A stretch of 63,295 bases of DNA, counting the filler, from Nemertoderma westbladi (Eukaryota; Animalia; Xenacoelomorpha), in assembly GCA_032718475.1 (NCBI GenBank). It is 4 parts of 4 records of this genome, joined end to end, with 100 filler letters (N's around TTAATTAATTAA, not from the genome) between each part and the next. Parts side by side here need not be neighbours in the genome. Positions count along the whole stretch, not along the records: positions 48,639 to 56,115 come from JAUCBJ010007898.1; positions 56,216 to 63,295 come from JAUCBJ010004346.1; 2 more parts are not named here. The stretch is one strand, 5' to 3'. Made by a program: the position numbers and the translations under genes. Below, piece by piece: positions 48,851 to 62,070 of the stretch (positions within the stretch are counted from its first letter, which is position 1; each line of letters starts with the position of its first letter). The notes below the pieces were generated by a model. That model did not search any database and had not been told where the DNA came from. It saw nothing but the letters and a program-made list of their open reading frames with translations.

Positions 48851-51800
48851 GTGACTTGCCTCAGATTCACCAATGGCTTTGTTGGTCGGGGTGGAACATG
48901 AGAGTAGCCTCCAATTCCAGAAACCTCTCCCCCTCACAATCTGGCCTCCCTGGTGACCCAGGGTTTGGGCCAGAAAGGTCATCAGGAGAGGGACTTGAAG
49001 AATTGTGGCTGTTCTTGATCAGCTAGCGGTACGGTAGTAACTAATTTTATCTATTTTCACAATCAGAGTCTGGTAATAGGTGCCGATTACGGGCGTAGTT
49101 ACTAACACCGTATTCGCCCGTTCGAGTTGTGAATATAGAAGGAAAGAGAGCCCCTTTGACATCATTTTGTAAGTATTTTTCTTTTAGAGAGCGACTAGCT
49201 TATTCTAGTAGCTAGCGCTATATATATTTGGTTAAAAGTCACCAAAACCTAGTAAAATATATCATACAAACATTGCGCTCTGCCATAACATACGCACGCA
49301 CACACGCGTCTTATGATTTCTGTTCTTCTACTGATATTATTTGACTGTCTTATCTGTCGGCAGTACGAAAGTGTTCGGTCAACTCACTAGCTCGTTATTA
49401 TACCCATATAAATCACACCACGGCAAGTCTGCAGCCGTTTTAGGTCCATCAGCGTTGTAAGCGGATTCAATTCCCTACATTGCCCACCGAAAATGGGACC
49501 AGTGGCATTTTACCAATATAGTTGGCGATGCGAGATTACCAATAATAATCTCACCTCATAACCAACTGGGGGGGGGGGATACACGCCATAAGCCACAGGG
49601 AGAGGTGAGAGGTCAACCACCTCAGAGGGACATACCAGCTAGTGAGGCTAGCAGCAGGGGGTAACACCAACAGGGAGTGGCGTGGTGAGAATTAATAGTT
49701 AAGACAATAGCTGGCAAGGAAGTAGATTGGGAGGATAGGAACGCATCCATTGGGTACCAGAGGCCACACAGTAGTGTAGGGCTGAAACCAATATGTGTCA
49801 ATTATATAATCATTATAATTACTGATTACCGGTCAGTTGATTTCCTCACGGTTGCAAACCGTCATAGTTTTTGACCGTCATTTTATACTATACTGTTGCT
49901 GTTACTATACTGTTGTGTGATTAACTCTATGACTGTGCTATTATCGCTGTGATTATCAATACTGAGAAACGAACTGTATTGTTTTCCCATCGGCCTTCGG
50001 CCAAAGATATTATCCCATTAGCCCAGCAGCCCAGTGACAAAGTGACGCGTACAATCTATTCCGGTCGGGATCTCACTGTCAACTCCAAGATCCCGTCACA
50101 AGCGTTAGTTAGGATTCGCTGCGCGGGATTGTTTCTCGCGAATTTGGTCTGTTTTCTGTAGACTGTATTTCTGCCTCACCGGTTAGGGGTTAGGGACCGG
50201 TCCGGTCACCCTGATTGTCAAGTTAGCCCGGGCAATTGATTTGCCCAAGTTTAGTAGAAGACATCAGGCACCGATCTCGCCAGCAGCAGTTTGTGTACTT
50301 TTAGTATCTATTTATGCCCTGACTGCGTTGGCATTCCACATATTTCCAAAAAAATATATGGAGATAATAGACCTTTCAAATAGTAATTTCAATAGGTCTC
50401 CCTATATGGAAATTGTTATAACTTGAAATATGAAAGAGCAATTAAATAGTGGTTTTCCGATTTGGAAACACCATATATTCCGTATTAGCCCAAGGCCTTT
50501 CTACAATCTAATGAACACAATAAATTAAAATTAATAAGTGCCTGTAGAAAATTATTTACGAAAACGGGACTGAAATTCAAAGATCAATCTAGCCAACTCA
50601 GATCAGCTTTAGATAATCAGAACGTTCTAGAATTTTAAATAGATTAATTAAAAGATACTAACTATGCAATTACAAAGTTCTACTTATTAAGTTATTACTT
50701 AATTACTTAATTAACTTAATTAATTACTTAATAAGTTATTCTTATTATTCAGGGATACTGTATAACATTTAGCTAATTTCAGTTTGTCTGGCAGTCTTGT
50801 ACAACTTTATCTAAAATAGAGTAATTTTAAATATAAGGCATTTTAAGTACATGAGCACCACCACCCTTACCCAGATGGACAAGTATTACATCCAGACCGG
50901 TACTTTTCAGGATTTTGTACCTCTTATATTTCTAACTAAAAATCATTTCGAGTTCCTATACTATATGTATTACTTGATAACGGTAACTTCTTAACTAAAT
51001 TAGAGGCAACATTAGTAAAATAAATATTGAATAAATTACTAACTCGAGTATAATGGTGAACCACCTCATCGTTATCTTGCAGAACAATATTCGATTTAGA
51101 TTTACCATTTTTATACCAAAATTTATCAGATAGTGGCGCACTTTGACTGCATGTGAAAATTGTGATCTTCAGCGCAAATTGACCGCAAGGGAAATAGAGT
51201 CTCGTTTATTGTTTTGGTTCGAAAACACCTGCTGCTTTCCCTTAACGTTTTATATTAAATTAAATTAATTTTTCAAACCCATTAAAACACATTTGGTGTT
51301 TGCGGTAATTTAGCGCCATTGACTTAAATTTATAGCAAAAAAATATATTTAACTAATTCCCTAATAAAATGGTGCTACAGTAGTACATGGCTGTAGAAAT
51401 ATATATTTTAAAATAGTGTAAGTAATCATCATAGACCCAGATAGGGGGGGGGGGGGGGTTGGCAAAAAATTCATTACTCACAAGCGCAAATTCGACGCAA
51501 ATAATAGCTGATTACTCTCAAAAATAAACTGTAACCTGTTCTATTGACGTTAGGGTTTATTGTTTTGGTTACAATAACGTGCCACTGTAACCAACCTGCT
51601 CCTTTCCATAAATTTAGAATTTAACATTGAGGCGGGATAATTAATTCGCCTAGATTGGATTTGCGTCCAGTTGACCCCCCCCCCCCCCCCCCTCTCACCA
51701 TAGACCTAACTGGTACTGTTTATGAATTTGTATTTTTTCGACAATAGGCGGTAGGTATATGCTTTATATAGGCCTACCTGCTTTCAAATATTGTATTTCT

Positions 51801-53174
51801 TTATCAAATATATTCGAATGGTAATTCAGGCAGTACTGACGTCTGATAATACACTCTAGGGCTCCTCTGCCAGCAGATAACATTTTCTGATAGATCCCCA
51901 CAACATGCAACCTGTCCTAAATGTTAGCAAGCTGGTCTCAAGATAAGTTCCAGTCTGTAATAGCAGCCACCTTCTTTCAATAATATGTGAACTAGGGTTT
52001 GTATAGTAATTTCATCAACATTCCACATCCCATATAAAACGAGAGAAACCCGCCCCAATATTAGATTATAACATTTCCATTGGGTACACAGGTAAGGAAG
52101 TGGAGGAGAGCCAGCCCGTCGTTTAATTTAGTTTATATTACACGATCAATGTTCATTCGTCATGAACCCAACATGTATGTAACCTTTTCTTAAATTTGTT
52201 GGCGATGCGTTTGCGGCTGTTTGGGCTGGCGTGTGGTAGATGTACACTTTTCACACTGAAACATTTTGGTTGTGAAATGTTACTGCAATCAGATATATTT
52301 CATTATTATATTTTATTATGAGAGTAAGAAGAATATGCAATGTTATTTACTATATGTAATGAAATAATTGTTTTGGGGTTTAACTTGGAAGCCTTCCAAA
52401 ATATTTGATATATAATTGTATTTAACATTATTTCCATGGTCATGGCAGCATGTTCATTCACCCGTCTTTAGTTAGAATTTTGTTTGCATGAAAGATCAGT
52501 TCTAAATTACTGATTAGAATCTCTTATCTGATTGGAGTAATAATATAGGATAGGATAAATGGAAGCAAAGTGTGACACGTTGTGGGGTCTTTGAGCAGCA
52601 CGTGTTCAAATGTTCGTTCAATGACTGAGCAGCGACTAATTAACAAATTTATGGGAGATTCATTGACCAGCTACAGACACACCAATATTGTGACAAATAT
52701 TTTAGTTTAATGTTTGATTCAATTAGAGGCACAAATTAAAAAGGCTACAAATATATAGGGGTGAATACTTAAATTAGTCACCCATTAAAAGGTAGCCAAA
52801 TATAAGTTGCAATCTATATAAATTTTTAAATTCAGTAGTGTGCGTGTGTTGTGTATTGATTCCGTAGATTTCATGTTGAAATAGCGTTCATTAATTTAAT
52901 TTCTGTTTAATTATTCAGGCATACTAATACACACATTAAATTAGTTCGTGTGTGTTAAGTGTGTAAGATTTGATTGTTTCGGCACGAACCCATTAGGGCA
53001 CAGAAACTGACGGATTCTTCGCGAATTTCGCAAACGTCGCAAACCTAGGGAATTTTATTGAGCTATTTGACCTTATTGAACTATTTGACATTATTAAAAA
53101 TTGTGCAATTTTGCACACTTATTTGTAAAACTGCACTTTAGCGGATCCTAGGTGGTTTCTATTTAACACAATTT

Positions 53175-54650
53175 TTGCTTTGTGCCGGCTTGTAGACAAA
53201 ATTGCGCCGCCACAACTCCCTATCACCCATGACATTTGCTAGATCATCCGCATCTTCAAGGCCAGTGTCCTTTAAGATGAGTCTCAAGAAAGTCATGGGC
53301 TGTCCACCATGCTTATTCACTCCATGAGGCTGCCAAAGTACAAGATTATGCACTGGCTGGTCCTCACGGCGAAAGCAATGTCCTGCAAAGCGAAGGCGAT
53401 TTTGCTAGTGTCAAGCTTGGGGGAACCAATGAGACACCTCCAATGTTATATATTGTCTGGTTGGAGATGTGTGCATTGTACTTGACACAATGAACCCGGC
53501 GTAGCATTCTTGTGAATGTGCCATCCAGAGATTTATTATTGATAGTAACAGTGTGTTGGCAAGCTGTATTTTTCGAGGTGTTTGTTATTATATATTTATT
53601 TTAGGAAGGGATCTAGGGGTCTTAAGACCCCTAGATCCCTTTCTATAATAAAAATCCAGAGATTTGGTGTCCTCAGCAGTTAGAGCCCAGCATTGACTCC
53701 CATAGAGGAGTACTGGAACTACTGCTGCTCTAAATAATCGGACCTTAAGTTTCCGATTAATTCTCGGTGACTTCCAAATCCTGGAAAGCCTATTCAAGGC
53801 TGCCCATGCCTTTCCTTTACGTATTCGAAGGTCCTCACCTGAGTTCCGGATCCATCATCCCAGGTAACAGAAGTCGTCCACATGCTCAAGCATACCATCC
53901 TTTGAACTTATGCTCATCCGATCAGAGACTTGCTGAGGACTTTCAAAGTTAACTGTGAAAATTTTGGTCTTTCTGGAGTTAATAAAAAGACCAACACTAG
54001 AAACAGCATGTTCTAATGAGCTGAGGAGCAGTTGGGCTCCCTCTAGTGATTCTGAGAGTACTCCTAAGTCATCAGCAAAGTCTAGATCAGTTAGGTACTT
54101 GGCTGGATTTTCTCGACTTCTGGAGCCAGTAGATGGAGTTATCATCACCCCATCATCATTATGATGATCTAAGGACATGCGTAGAACATAGTTAACCACA
54201 AATATGAACAAGAATGGTGCAAGTGTGTCACCCTGGAGGACGCCCCATAACACTTCAAATGGTTCTGTGTCACCGTCAATAGTAGACACAAATGTTGTCA
54301 AACCATCGTATACTGATCTGATTGCTGCAATAATTTCATCAGGAATCCCATATAATGAAAGTATGCTGAACATGCGTGAGCGAGAGACTGAATCAAAGGC
54401 CTTGAAGAAGTCAACAAAGATAACAGCCAGATGCCTGTCTTTCTTTTTGATAACTCTTCAATTAGCCATCTAAGTGCCAAAATGGGCTCCATGGTCCCAC
54501 GACCTTTACGGAACCCATTCTGATTTCCACGGAGCAGTCTCTCAATGGGATCCCTGATGCGATTGAATAGAATTCTATTGTATAGCTTTGCAGCAATTGA
54601 TATCAATGAGATTCCCCGAAAAGAACCATAGAGTGTTAGGTTGCCCAAAC
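53175..54650 (-). mobile_element. RTE-clade LINE, degenerate RT region (same family as 21263-22607)
   Basis: FRGISLISIAAKLYNRI, QNGFRKGRGT, GVLQGDTLAPFLF, LDFADDL; frameshifts; high nucleotide similarity to the 21-22 kb copy. Confidence 0.9.
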
Positions 54651-54997
54651 CTAAAAAGGTTTCTATTTAACACATTTACTTATGTCTATCCTCTACCGAT
54701 CTACGATGGTGCATGATCAAGTGTCAGTTACAAAAAGTGTCAAAATTCCAATTTAATAAATCGCAACATTTGCGATTTTGGACCATATTCATGGACATTT
54801 TAAGTTACTTTAAAGACATAAAAAGTTAAACAAATGCTAAGTTTATAGTTAGAAATCACTCCAAACTACATTTTAACCCAAATAATAATTGTGTTTGAAA
54901 TAGCGAAAAAATGTGCACATGCGTCTTTTCCCAAGTTGTATTGAGCCATTGACTTGCAAAAAGGCCTTTACAGTATGGGATCTGTGAGGCGAGTCAC

Positions 54998-56115
54998 AAC
55001 TCCGAACCATCAGGCTATCTGAAAGCTTAATTATTAGATGTAATATTTTATTGTTTAGGAACTCCGAACCATCAGGCTATCTGAACGCTTAATATATTAG
55101 CTGTAATATTTTAATGTTTAGGAACTCCGAACCATCAGGCTATCTGAACGCTTAATTATTAGATGTAATAATTTAATGTTTAGGAACTCCGAACCATCAG
55201 GCTATCTGAACGCTTAATATATTAGCTGTAATATTTTAATGTTTAGGAACTCCGAACCATCAGGCTATCTGAACGCTTAATTATTAGCTGTAATATTTTA
55301 ATGTTTTGGAACTCCGAACCATCAGGCTATCTGAACGCTTAATTATTAGCTGTAATATTTTAATGTTTAGGAACTCCGAACCATCAGGCTATCTGAACGC
55401 TTAATTATTAGCTGTAATAATTTGATGTTTAGGAACTCCGAACCATCAGGCTATCTGAACGCTTAATTATTAGCTGTAATATTTTATTGTTTAGGAACTC
55501 CGAACCATCAGGCTATCTGAACGCTTAATTATTAGCTGTAATAATTTGATGTTTAGGAACTCCGAACCATCAGGCTATCTGAACGCTTAATTATTAGCTG
55601 TAATATTTTATTGTTTAGGAACTCCGAACCATCAGGCTATCTGAACGCTTAATTATTAGCTGTAATAATTTAATGTTTAGGAACTCCGAACCATCAGGCT
55701 ATCTGAACGCTTAATATATTAGCTGTAATATTTTAATGTTTAGGAACTCCGAACCATCAGGCTATCTGAACGCTTAATTATTAGCTGTAATATTTTAATG
55801 TTTAGGAACTCCGAACCATCAGGCTATCTGAACGCTTAATTATTAGCTGTAATATTTTAATGTTTTGGAACTCCGAACCATCAGGCTATCTGAACGCTTA
55901 ATTATTAGCTGTAATATTTTAATGTTTAGGAACTCCGAACCATCAGGCTATCTGAACGCTTAATTATTAGCTGTAATAATTTGATGTTTAGGAACTCCGA
56001 ACCATCAGGCTATCTGAACGCTTAATTATTAGCTGTAATATTTTATTGTTTAGGAACTCCGAACCATCAGGCTATCTGAACGCTTAATTATTAGATGTAA
56101 TATTTTAATGTTTAG
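54998..56115. repeat. 62-bp minisatellite (about 18 copies) running into the gap
   Basis: Unit aactccgaaccatcaggctatctgaacgcttaattattagctgtaatattttaatgtttagg. Confidence 0.95.
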
Positions 56116-58338
56116 NNNNNNNNNNNNNNNNNNNNNNNNNNNNNNNNNNNNNNNNNNNNTTAATTAATTAANNNNNNNNNNNNNNNNNNNNNNNNNNNNN
56201 NNNNNNNNNNNNNNNAGAGATCGTCTGGAAGAGTTATAGGTAACTTATCAATATATGTTTGGGAATTAAATCCTCTCATTTCATCGAGCGATAGATTAGG
56301 AAACCTGGGAAGTTCTAAAGGTTGCGCTTCTTCTTCCCCATGTCCACTTGCACCACCTAGTGGCTGTATCACTGAACGTTCGACATTCATTTGTGAAGAA
56401 TCTGACAATGCCAGTTGTTGTTGTATAACAGTTTCATTAAATTCTCCTAAATCATCTGAACCCGAGGAGTGAAACTCTTTTGTTAGAATAGGCCTACTCA
56501 TTATAGTACTGTAGGGTAATTTATCCTTTTATACAAGCTTACTGTATATGTACCGGTATATGTGTAGCGTAACCTACAGACCTAGTCTTAATCTATATAG
56601 TGCATAAGTATTTACAGTTACATTTGATACCGATATGTTATTCCTAGTACTTTACAGGCGTATAAAGACTGATTTTAACTCGTTAGCCTAGTAAAAGAGA
56701 AAATTGAAAAAGATTGTAATATCCGAATAGTGGAAATTGTACGAGACCGGTACTAGTAGAACCATATACAAATATATCCGTACCGGTATAGGTAGGCCTA
56801 ATGTATACAGTGCTGTCAATAATTATACTCTACAAAATAATTATATATTTTTCTTACCGGTACCAGTATAGTTTTAAATATATCGAATTAAATTTACCGG
56901 TAATATTAGTCAAATCCAAGTAAGCCTTGTGGTATCTGGTACATACTATATAATAATCTATAGGCCTACTTCTATACCCGACGTCGGCCTACCAGCAAAT
57001 ATATATTTATATCACAATCCAGTCCGTTAATAAACTACAGGTAAATTAAAATATACCATTGGTACCAACCAACCAGTAGCACAGTAGGCTAGATATTACA
57101 AACAAACCACTGCAATAAATCTATAAATCCAAACAGAATGTATAAGATAATATATATATATCAGTAATATTATTAGAAATTACATGCAGACATGATATAT
57201 AGGGCCTGACAGCCTAAGGTGTACGGTAATACAGTAGGCAGGTAGGCCTTATTAATAATAGCCTACACTATAGATAGACTACTAACCAATATTCAACTGA
57301 TTGATAAAGGAATAGGCCGCTGGCTGCTATAACATAGGCAGCCGTGCAGTTTGATTATTGGATTAGCAGATTGGGCCTATTTACAGACTAACGAAAATTT
57401 TCAGAATTAAGTCTGTGGAATTATTTTGGCTACAGCAATGTCTGGTTTTCTGTGGGGTCGGACAAGCACAGGCTAGGCTTCGCTTTCCGAAATTCTAGAC
57501 AATAGACAGCTAGAATCTGAAGATAAATAACAAATTTTACTGTGGGCCAGGCAGCGAGGCACCAGGGCCGCTACAGTGATCAATTTTATTTATTTGAAAG
57601 AAAATGCAGTAATAGCCCGGTTGAATCAGATCAACACTAGACTTTTACTTCTAATGTTGCAGTCGGTTCACAAGATTTATAGAAGGCGAGACTTATATAT
57701 AATCTAGTGTTATAAAAAGGGGGTTAGAACATCACCTGCAACTTGAAATCCTGGATTGATGGGCTACTCATAAGCACGGTTATCTTAACTAATTTATGCC
57801 TCTATTCTCTTAGCTATACATCTATATTATACGATCGCTTATCTGGATCCGCATGTATAACAAATATTAATGGTTGCCTAAAAGCTGTTTGTTAGGACAT
57901 CGGACGACTCTGCCCTTCAGACATTCAGGCAAAGAAGGCAAAACGGTAGATATGAAACCATTTGACTTTATTCTTATAGAGGTGGTTTAACGATAATCGG
58001 CACCGGTAATCATAAAGGAACCAACGATGCACAACCAGACAACCCAGTAGCAGATAAAGGGCTACCAACGAGTCAGATAACAATCAACAAATGTAAGATA
58101 CATGCAGTTGAACATATGTGTTAGAAGTAAAAAGTCCCTCCAGGTCTAACTCCCCAGTAAATCCGTTATCAGGCGTTATAAGTACATTGAGGTACCGGTA
58201 TGCAATAACTGAATAAGGTTGATACATACATATATATGCTGACCCTGATAACACTGGTTTTAATAATCACTTAATCTGTCCGACTGGACATAAGGGCTGT
58301 ATCATTCACAAATAAAGTGTCCTAGAGACGGTAGATCT

Positions 58339-60380
58339 TTACACGGGGGTTGAAAACACGCCGAGTGCCTCCAATTCATCGAACTTTTCCTGGAGTTCAA
58401 GTAATCGGTTTCGGCTGTACTGTGGGACGCGTCCCTTCTGCTGAGGGGGAAGTGTTGGTCCCATATTGACGACTGCCTCGAAAGGGCCAGCAGCGCCATT
58501 GTATCCAGGAATTTGACTGTTGAAAACAGATGTGAACTGACTGAGGATATTCTTAAACTCAGCGCGTTGGCAGTCAGATAAACATCCATCAGGATCGAGT
58601 TGGACGAGATCAGTGTTGCCTTCAGCAGTGTGCTGGGCCTTCCTGATGACTGGAACTAATACTGAGGGAGTAAGTTCAGATTGGGTGGGAGAACATAGTG
58701 GAGTTGCTACACAGACATGTGAGTTTCGTTTGATGGTTATGGGAACTCCGCTTGAGTTAGGTATGGAGACCTGTCCATTTGTGTGCTTTGCTAAAAACGG
58801 TGGGAACCATACATGAGATGCGGCAACGGGGTTGCCCGTGGGGACGTGGGGGGCAATAAGTATGTCTTCATCCTTGTCTGCAGTTAGTGGAAGAGGTATG
58901 TGTAACTCCTCGCCAGGCCATATGACGACAGATCGTGCTGAAGCACGGAGGAGATGCGAATCCGATTGACGGCCGCGCAGGTTGGGCTGGACCTGGGTTG
59001 TGTATGCGGTTGTGGATCCATCGCGGAATGTTGCAGTTCCGAGAGCAGGGCGGATTGAAATGTCATTATACTGGAGAAAAGGCATACCGCCAATGATCGG
59101 GGAGCCCAATTGGGGAATAACTAGACCATGAAACTCAAAATGTAGCGTTCCACGTTTAAAACGTAGCCTGGTTTCACCAGTAACCCGGAGGGTCGACCTT
59201 CCGTCAGCGAGAGCCGGTACTTGGTGTGAGCTGGGGTTGATAAGTGCACCCAACTGGATAGCTAACGATTCCTCTATTAGATTCGACTCAGATCCGGTAT
59301 CTAAAAGCAACGTGATAGGCCGGGAGCCATGTGTGACCTCGATACTTGGTCATCGTATAACGGCGACGCGGCGAACCTGTGATGGGGGCGTGACCTCCAC
59401 ATCTTCTTCCGGATAGTATGTTTCCTTGGGCAACTCCTCCTCATTGTCAGTTACCTCGACGACGCGGGTACGAACAAGGAACCGGCGATCCTGTTCAGGC
59501 AGAAAATGGCAGGTGCTAAGGAAGTGGTCAGTATCCCTGCGGTTCGCCTGTTGGCAGAGGGGGCAAACTTTCGTGGTTTGGGCTCGGGAGCTTTGTGTTC
59601 CGCTCCGGCGGGCACCCGATGGTGGGGCGCGTGATGTGGAAGACGATGTGAAAGTGCGGAAAGTTCGGACATCGGCGTTTGTGCGAAGTTCATCGAGTAG
59701 GGACAGCAGGGCCTGGCTGATTTCCTGTTTGATGGATGTTAGGGTGCGGGAGCGCAACTCTGTGCCATATCGTTGCTTGATGAGTTGAGGAAGATCTGGG
59801 TTTATTAAACGTAACCACGTCAAGACGATAAAGTTTTCTAAAGAAGGGGAAACCTCCTCGTCAACTATAGGGGCTTCGCCACAATGAGATATACTGCCAT
59901 CGACAGTAAGTAAGTTGTCGTCGGTGAACGCGACGAGTCTTTGATACAAGTCTTCGGGTCTCTCTTCGTGTTCAAGCTGTATAGCGGCGAAGTCGAGAAA
60001 GTGTGAGCCAGACGACTCAAAACCGTAATGAAGGCGCAAGGCCTGCCAGATAAAGTTCAGTGACGTGGATGAGCGTATAATTGAGTTACGTGAAATTATA
60101 GGCGCATAGTTTGCTATTTGTCCTAGTAGTAGGTTGAGAGTAGTAACCTTCTGCTATGCGGTACGCCGCTGAGTGGCGGGGATATCGTCTCCGTCGCCTA
60201 CAAGGCCGCGGGTCGATGGGCTGGCGATGTTTTGGTCCATCGAACTCCGTCGGCAGTGAATCGTGCGAATTCTGGGTCGAGTGATAAGCTATATATTAGT
60301 GTTTGGCGCCAAGCTTCAAAAGAGTTTATCGATTCGGTTTTAGATAAGGGGTTTAAGAGTGGTGTTTTGAGTGCGGCCAT
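58339..60380 (-). mobile_element. Defective Gypsy LTR retrotransposon: gag + protease, truncated before RT
   Basis: [38 protein letters not shown] knuckle-like motif, protease LLDTGSESNLI, PPQQKGRVPQYSR. Frameshift near 60200 and in-frame stops near 60155 and at 59350. Confidence 0.85.
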
Positions 60381-60476
60381 CTTTTATCCGTAATTAGACA
60401 GCCAGTACCGGTACCGTGAGTTGGATACCAGTGAATCTTCTATCTTTGGTATGCAGGAGGGATTCGAATAATCGTA

Positions 60477-60490
60477 CACCGCTGCCACCA
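60477..60490 (-). promoter_or_regulatory. Primer-binding site, tRNA-Leu
   Basis: TGGTGGCAGCGGTG about 100 nt upstream of the gag ATG, complementary to the 3' end CACCGCTGCCACCA of metazoan tRNA-Leu. Confidence 0.75.
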
Positions 60491-61082
60491 CGCTAAAGTG
60501 GTAAAGTCGCCACTTGGCTGACTGGTAATAGGAATGCTAATAGGAAGATAGGCTATAATCCAATCGTATAATAAGCGATAGACAGCGTGGTAAATATCCT
60601 GATATGGTAAAGGTAAGGCTAAACAACAAATGATAGGCCTAACTAACTAGGTGAGGTAAAACCTATAACCGTAGGTACTCAACGAACCAGGGATATAGGC
60701 CGTGAGGCGTAGTACCGGTAAGGGTGTGATCTGGCAGTCAGGGTCTCCCTCGGTACAGGTACGTCCGACTCAGACCGGGACTCACAGATAAGGCTACCGG
60801 TAGGTCCCGACTGGCCCTCTATGAACCTAATGCCACCAACCCTGCGGGGTGGGGCAAGATGTCCGTAGGACGGTCTGGCGGAGAATAAAAAAAATTCAAA
60901 AATTTTCATAAAATTGGAAAATTTGCAGTCGCATGGGGTGATACCCCCCCTTAAACAGGTTACCAATTATTTTTTTTTCAAGTTATTAATGTTGTTTATG
61001 TTGATTTTCCGGGGTCCGGGGTTATTATTGATTGCACCGAAATGCCGGTGTACAAGGCTGAGATAACTCCCTCTTGAAATGA

Positions 61083-61192
61083 CTCCCCAGTCATCTCAGC
61101 CTAGGCTGAGAACACTTGTCAGTCGTCTCAGCCTAGGCTGAGAACACTCCCCAGTTATCTCAGCCTAGGCTGAGAACACTCCCCTTAGGCTG
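61083..61192. repeat. About 32-bp repeat (3 copies) carrying the perfect palindrome CTCAGCCTAGGCTGAG
   Basis: Direct inspection. Confidence 0.85.
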
Positions 61193-61435
61193 AATTGAGT
61201 TATAATTCATATCCATAGGCCTACTTGTGTTATATTCGTACTGTATATTGCAAAAACAAAACTGTAACCATGTTATTGAGTTATCGTTTATTGTTTTGGT
61301 TAGAAAATCCCGCCACTGTAACATGCTCCTTTCATTTAATTAAGAAAAGGACCCTAATAATCACTAGAGGGAGCCCAACGACTCCTCAGCTCATTAGAAC
61401 AGGCTGCTTCTAGTTTTGGTCTTTTTGTTAACTTC

Positions 61436-62070
61436 AAGAAGACCAAAACTTTCACAGTTAACTTTGAATGTCCTCAGGAAAAATCTGATCGTATGAGCAT
61501 AAGGTCTGAGTGTTGAGCATGTGGACGACTTCTGTTACCTGAGATCATGGATCCGGATGTCAGATATGGCATGGGCAGCATTGAATAGTCTGACCAGGAA
61601 TTGGAGGTCACATAGAATACAACGGAAACAATTATTTAGATTATTTAGTGCAGCAGTAGAACCAGTACTCTTATATGGGACCAAATCTCTGAATGGACAT
61701 ACACAATAGGGTACGTCAGGTTCACTGTCTCAAGTACAATGCACACATGTACAGTACATACAGTATACAACCAGATTGGATGTGTCTCTTTTGTCCCCCC
61801 AAGGTCGACATTTGAACGTAGCCGCCTCCGTTTCGCAGGGCATTTCCTTCGCCGTGAGGACCAGCCTGTTTGTTCACTATGTTGTTTCTTTGGCATCACC
61901 ATGCAGCCATGGAGAAAATAAACATGATGGACATTCTTGAGTGGCATCATGAAGGAGAAGAGAAGATGAGGATGATTTCGTTATGTGGGGGATAGAAAGT
62001 TGTCGAATTTTGTCGATAAGAGTGATAGAATTCTTAATTAATTAAATTTGCAGGCTGCAATGCGGCATGG
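61436..62070 (+). mobile_element. Old, decayed RTE LINE 3' fragment
   Basis: DDFCYLRSWIR, LFSAAVEPVLLYG, RLRFAGHFLRREDQPV; related to the 53-54 kb family. Confidence 0.8.

Noticed and set aside
51778-52035. Open exon-like segment and a WNVDE motif reminiscent of pogo transposase
   Set aside because: Too short and degenerate; does not match the missing RGS-domain exons
7681-56115. Possible CRISPR arrays among the 23-63 bp repeats
   Set aside because: Units are head-to-tail without unique spacers, there are no cas genes, and the context is eukaryotic
56216-56501. ORF MSRPILTKEF... running into the gap
   Set aside because: Could be a real first exon, but there is no recognisable motif and it is truncated; cannot be assigned
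59311-59352. Programmed stop read-through between gag and protease
   Set aside because: The element has another in-frame stop and a frameshift in gag, so this TGA is more simply a mutation (probably of TCA)
60491-60900. 5' LTR of the Gypsy element
   Set aside because: No TG...CA boundary next to the PBS and no second LTR to define it
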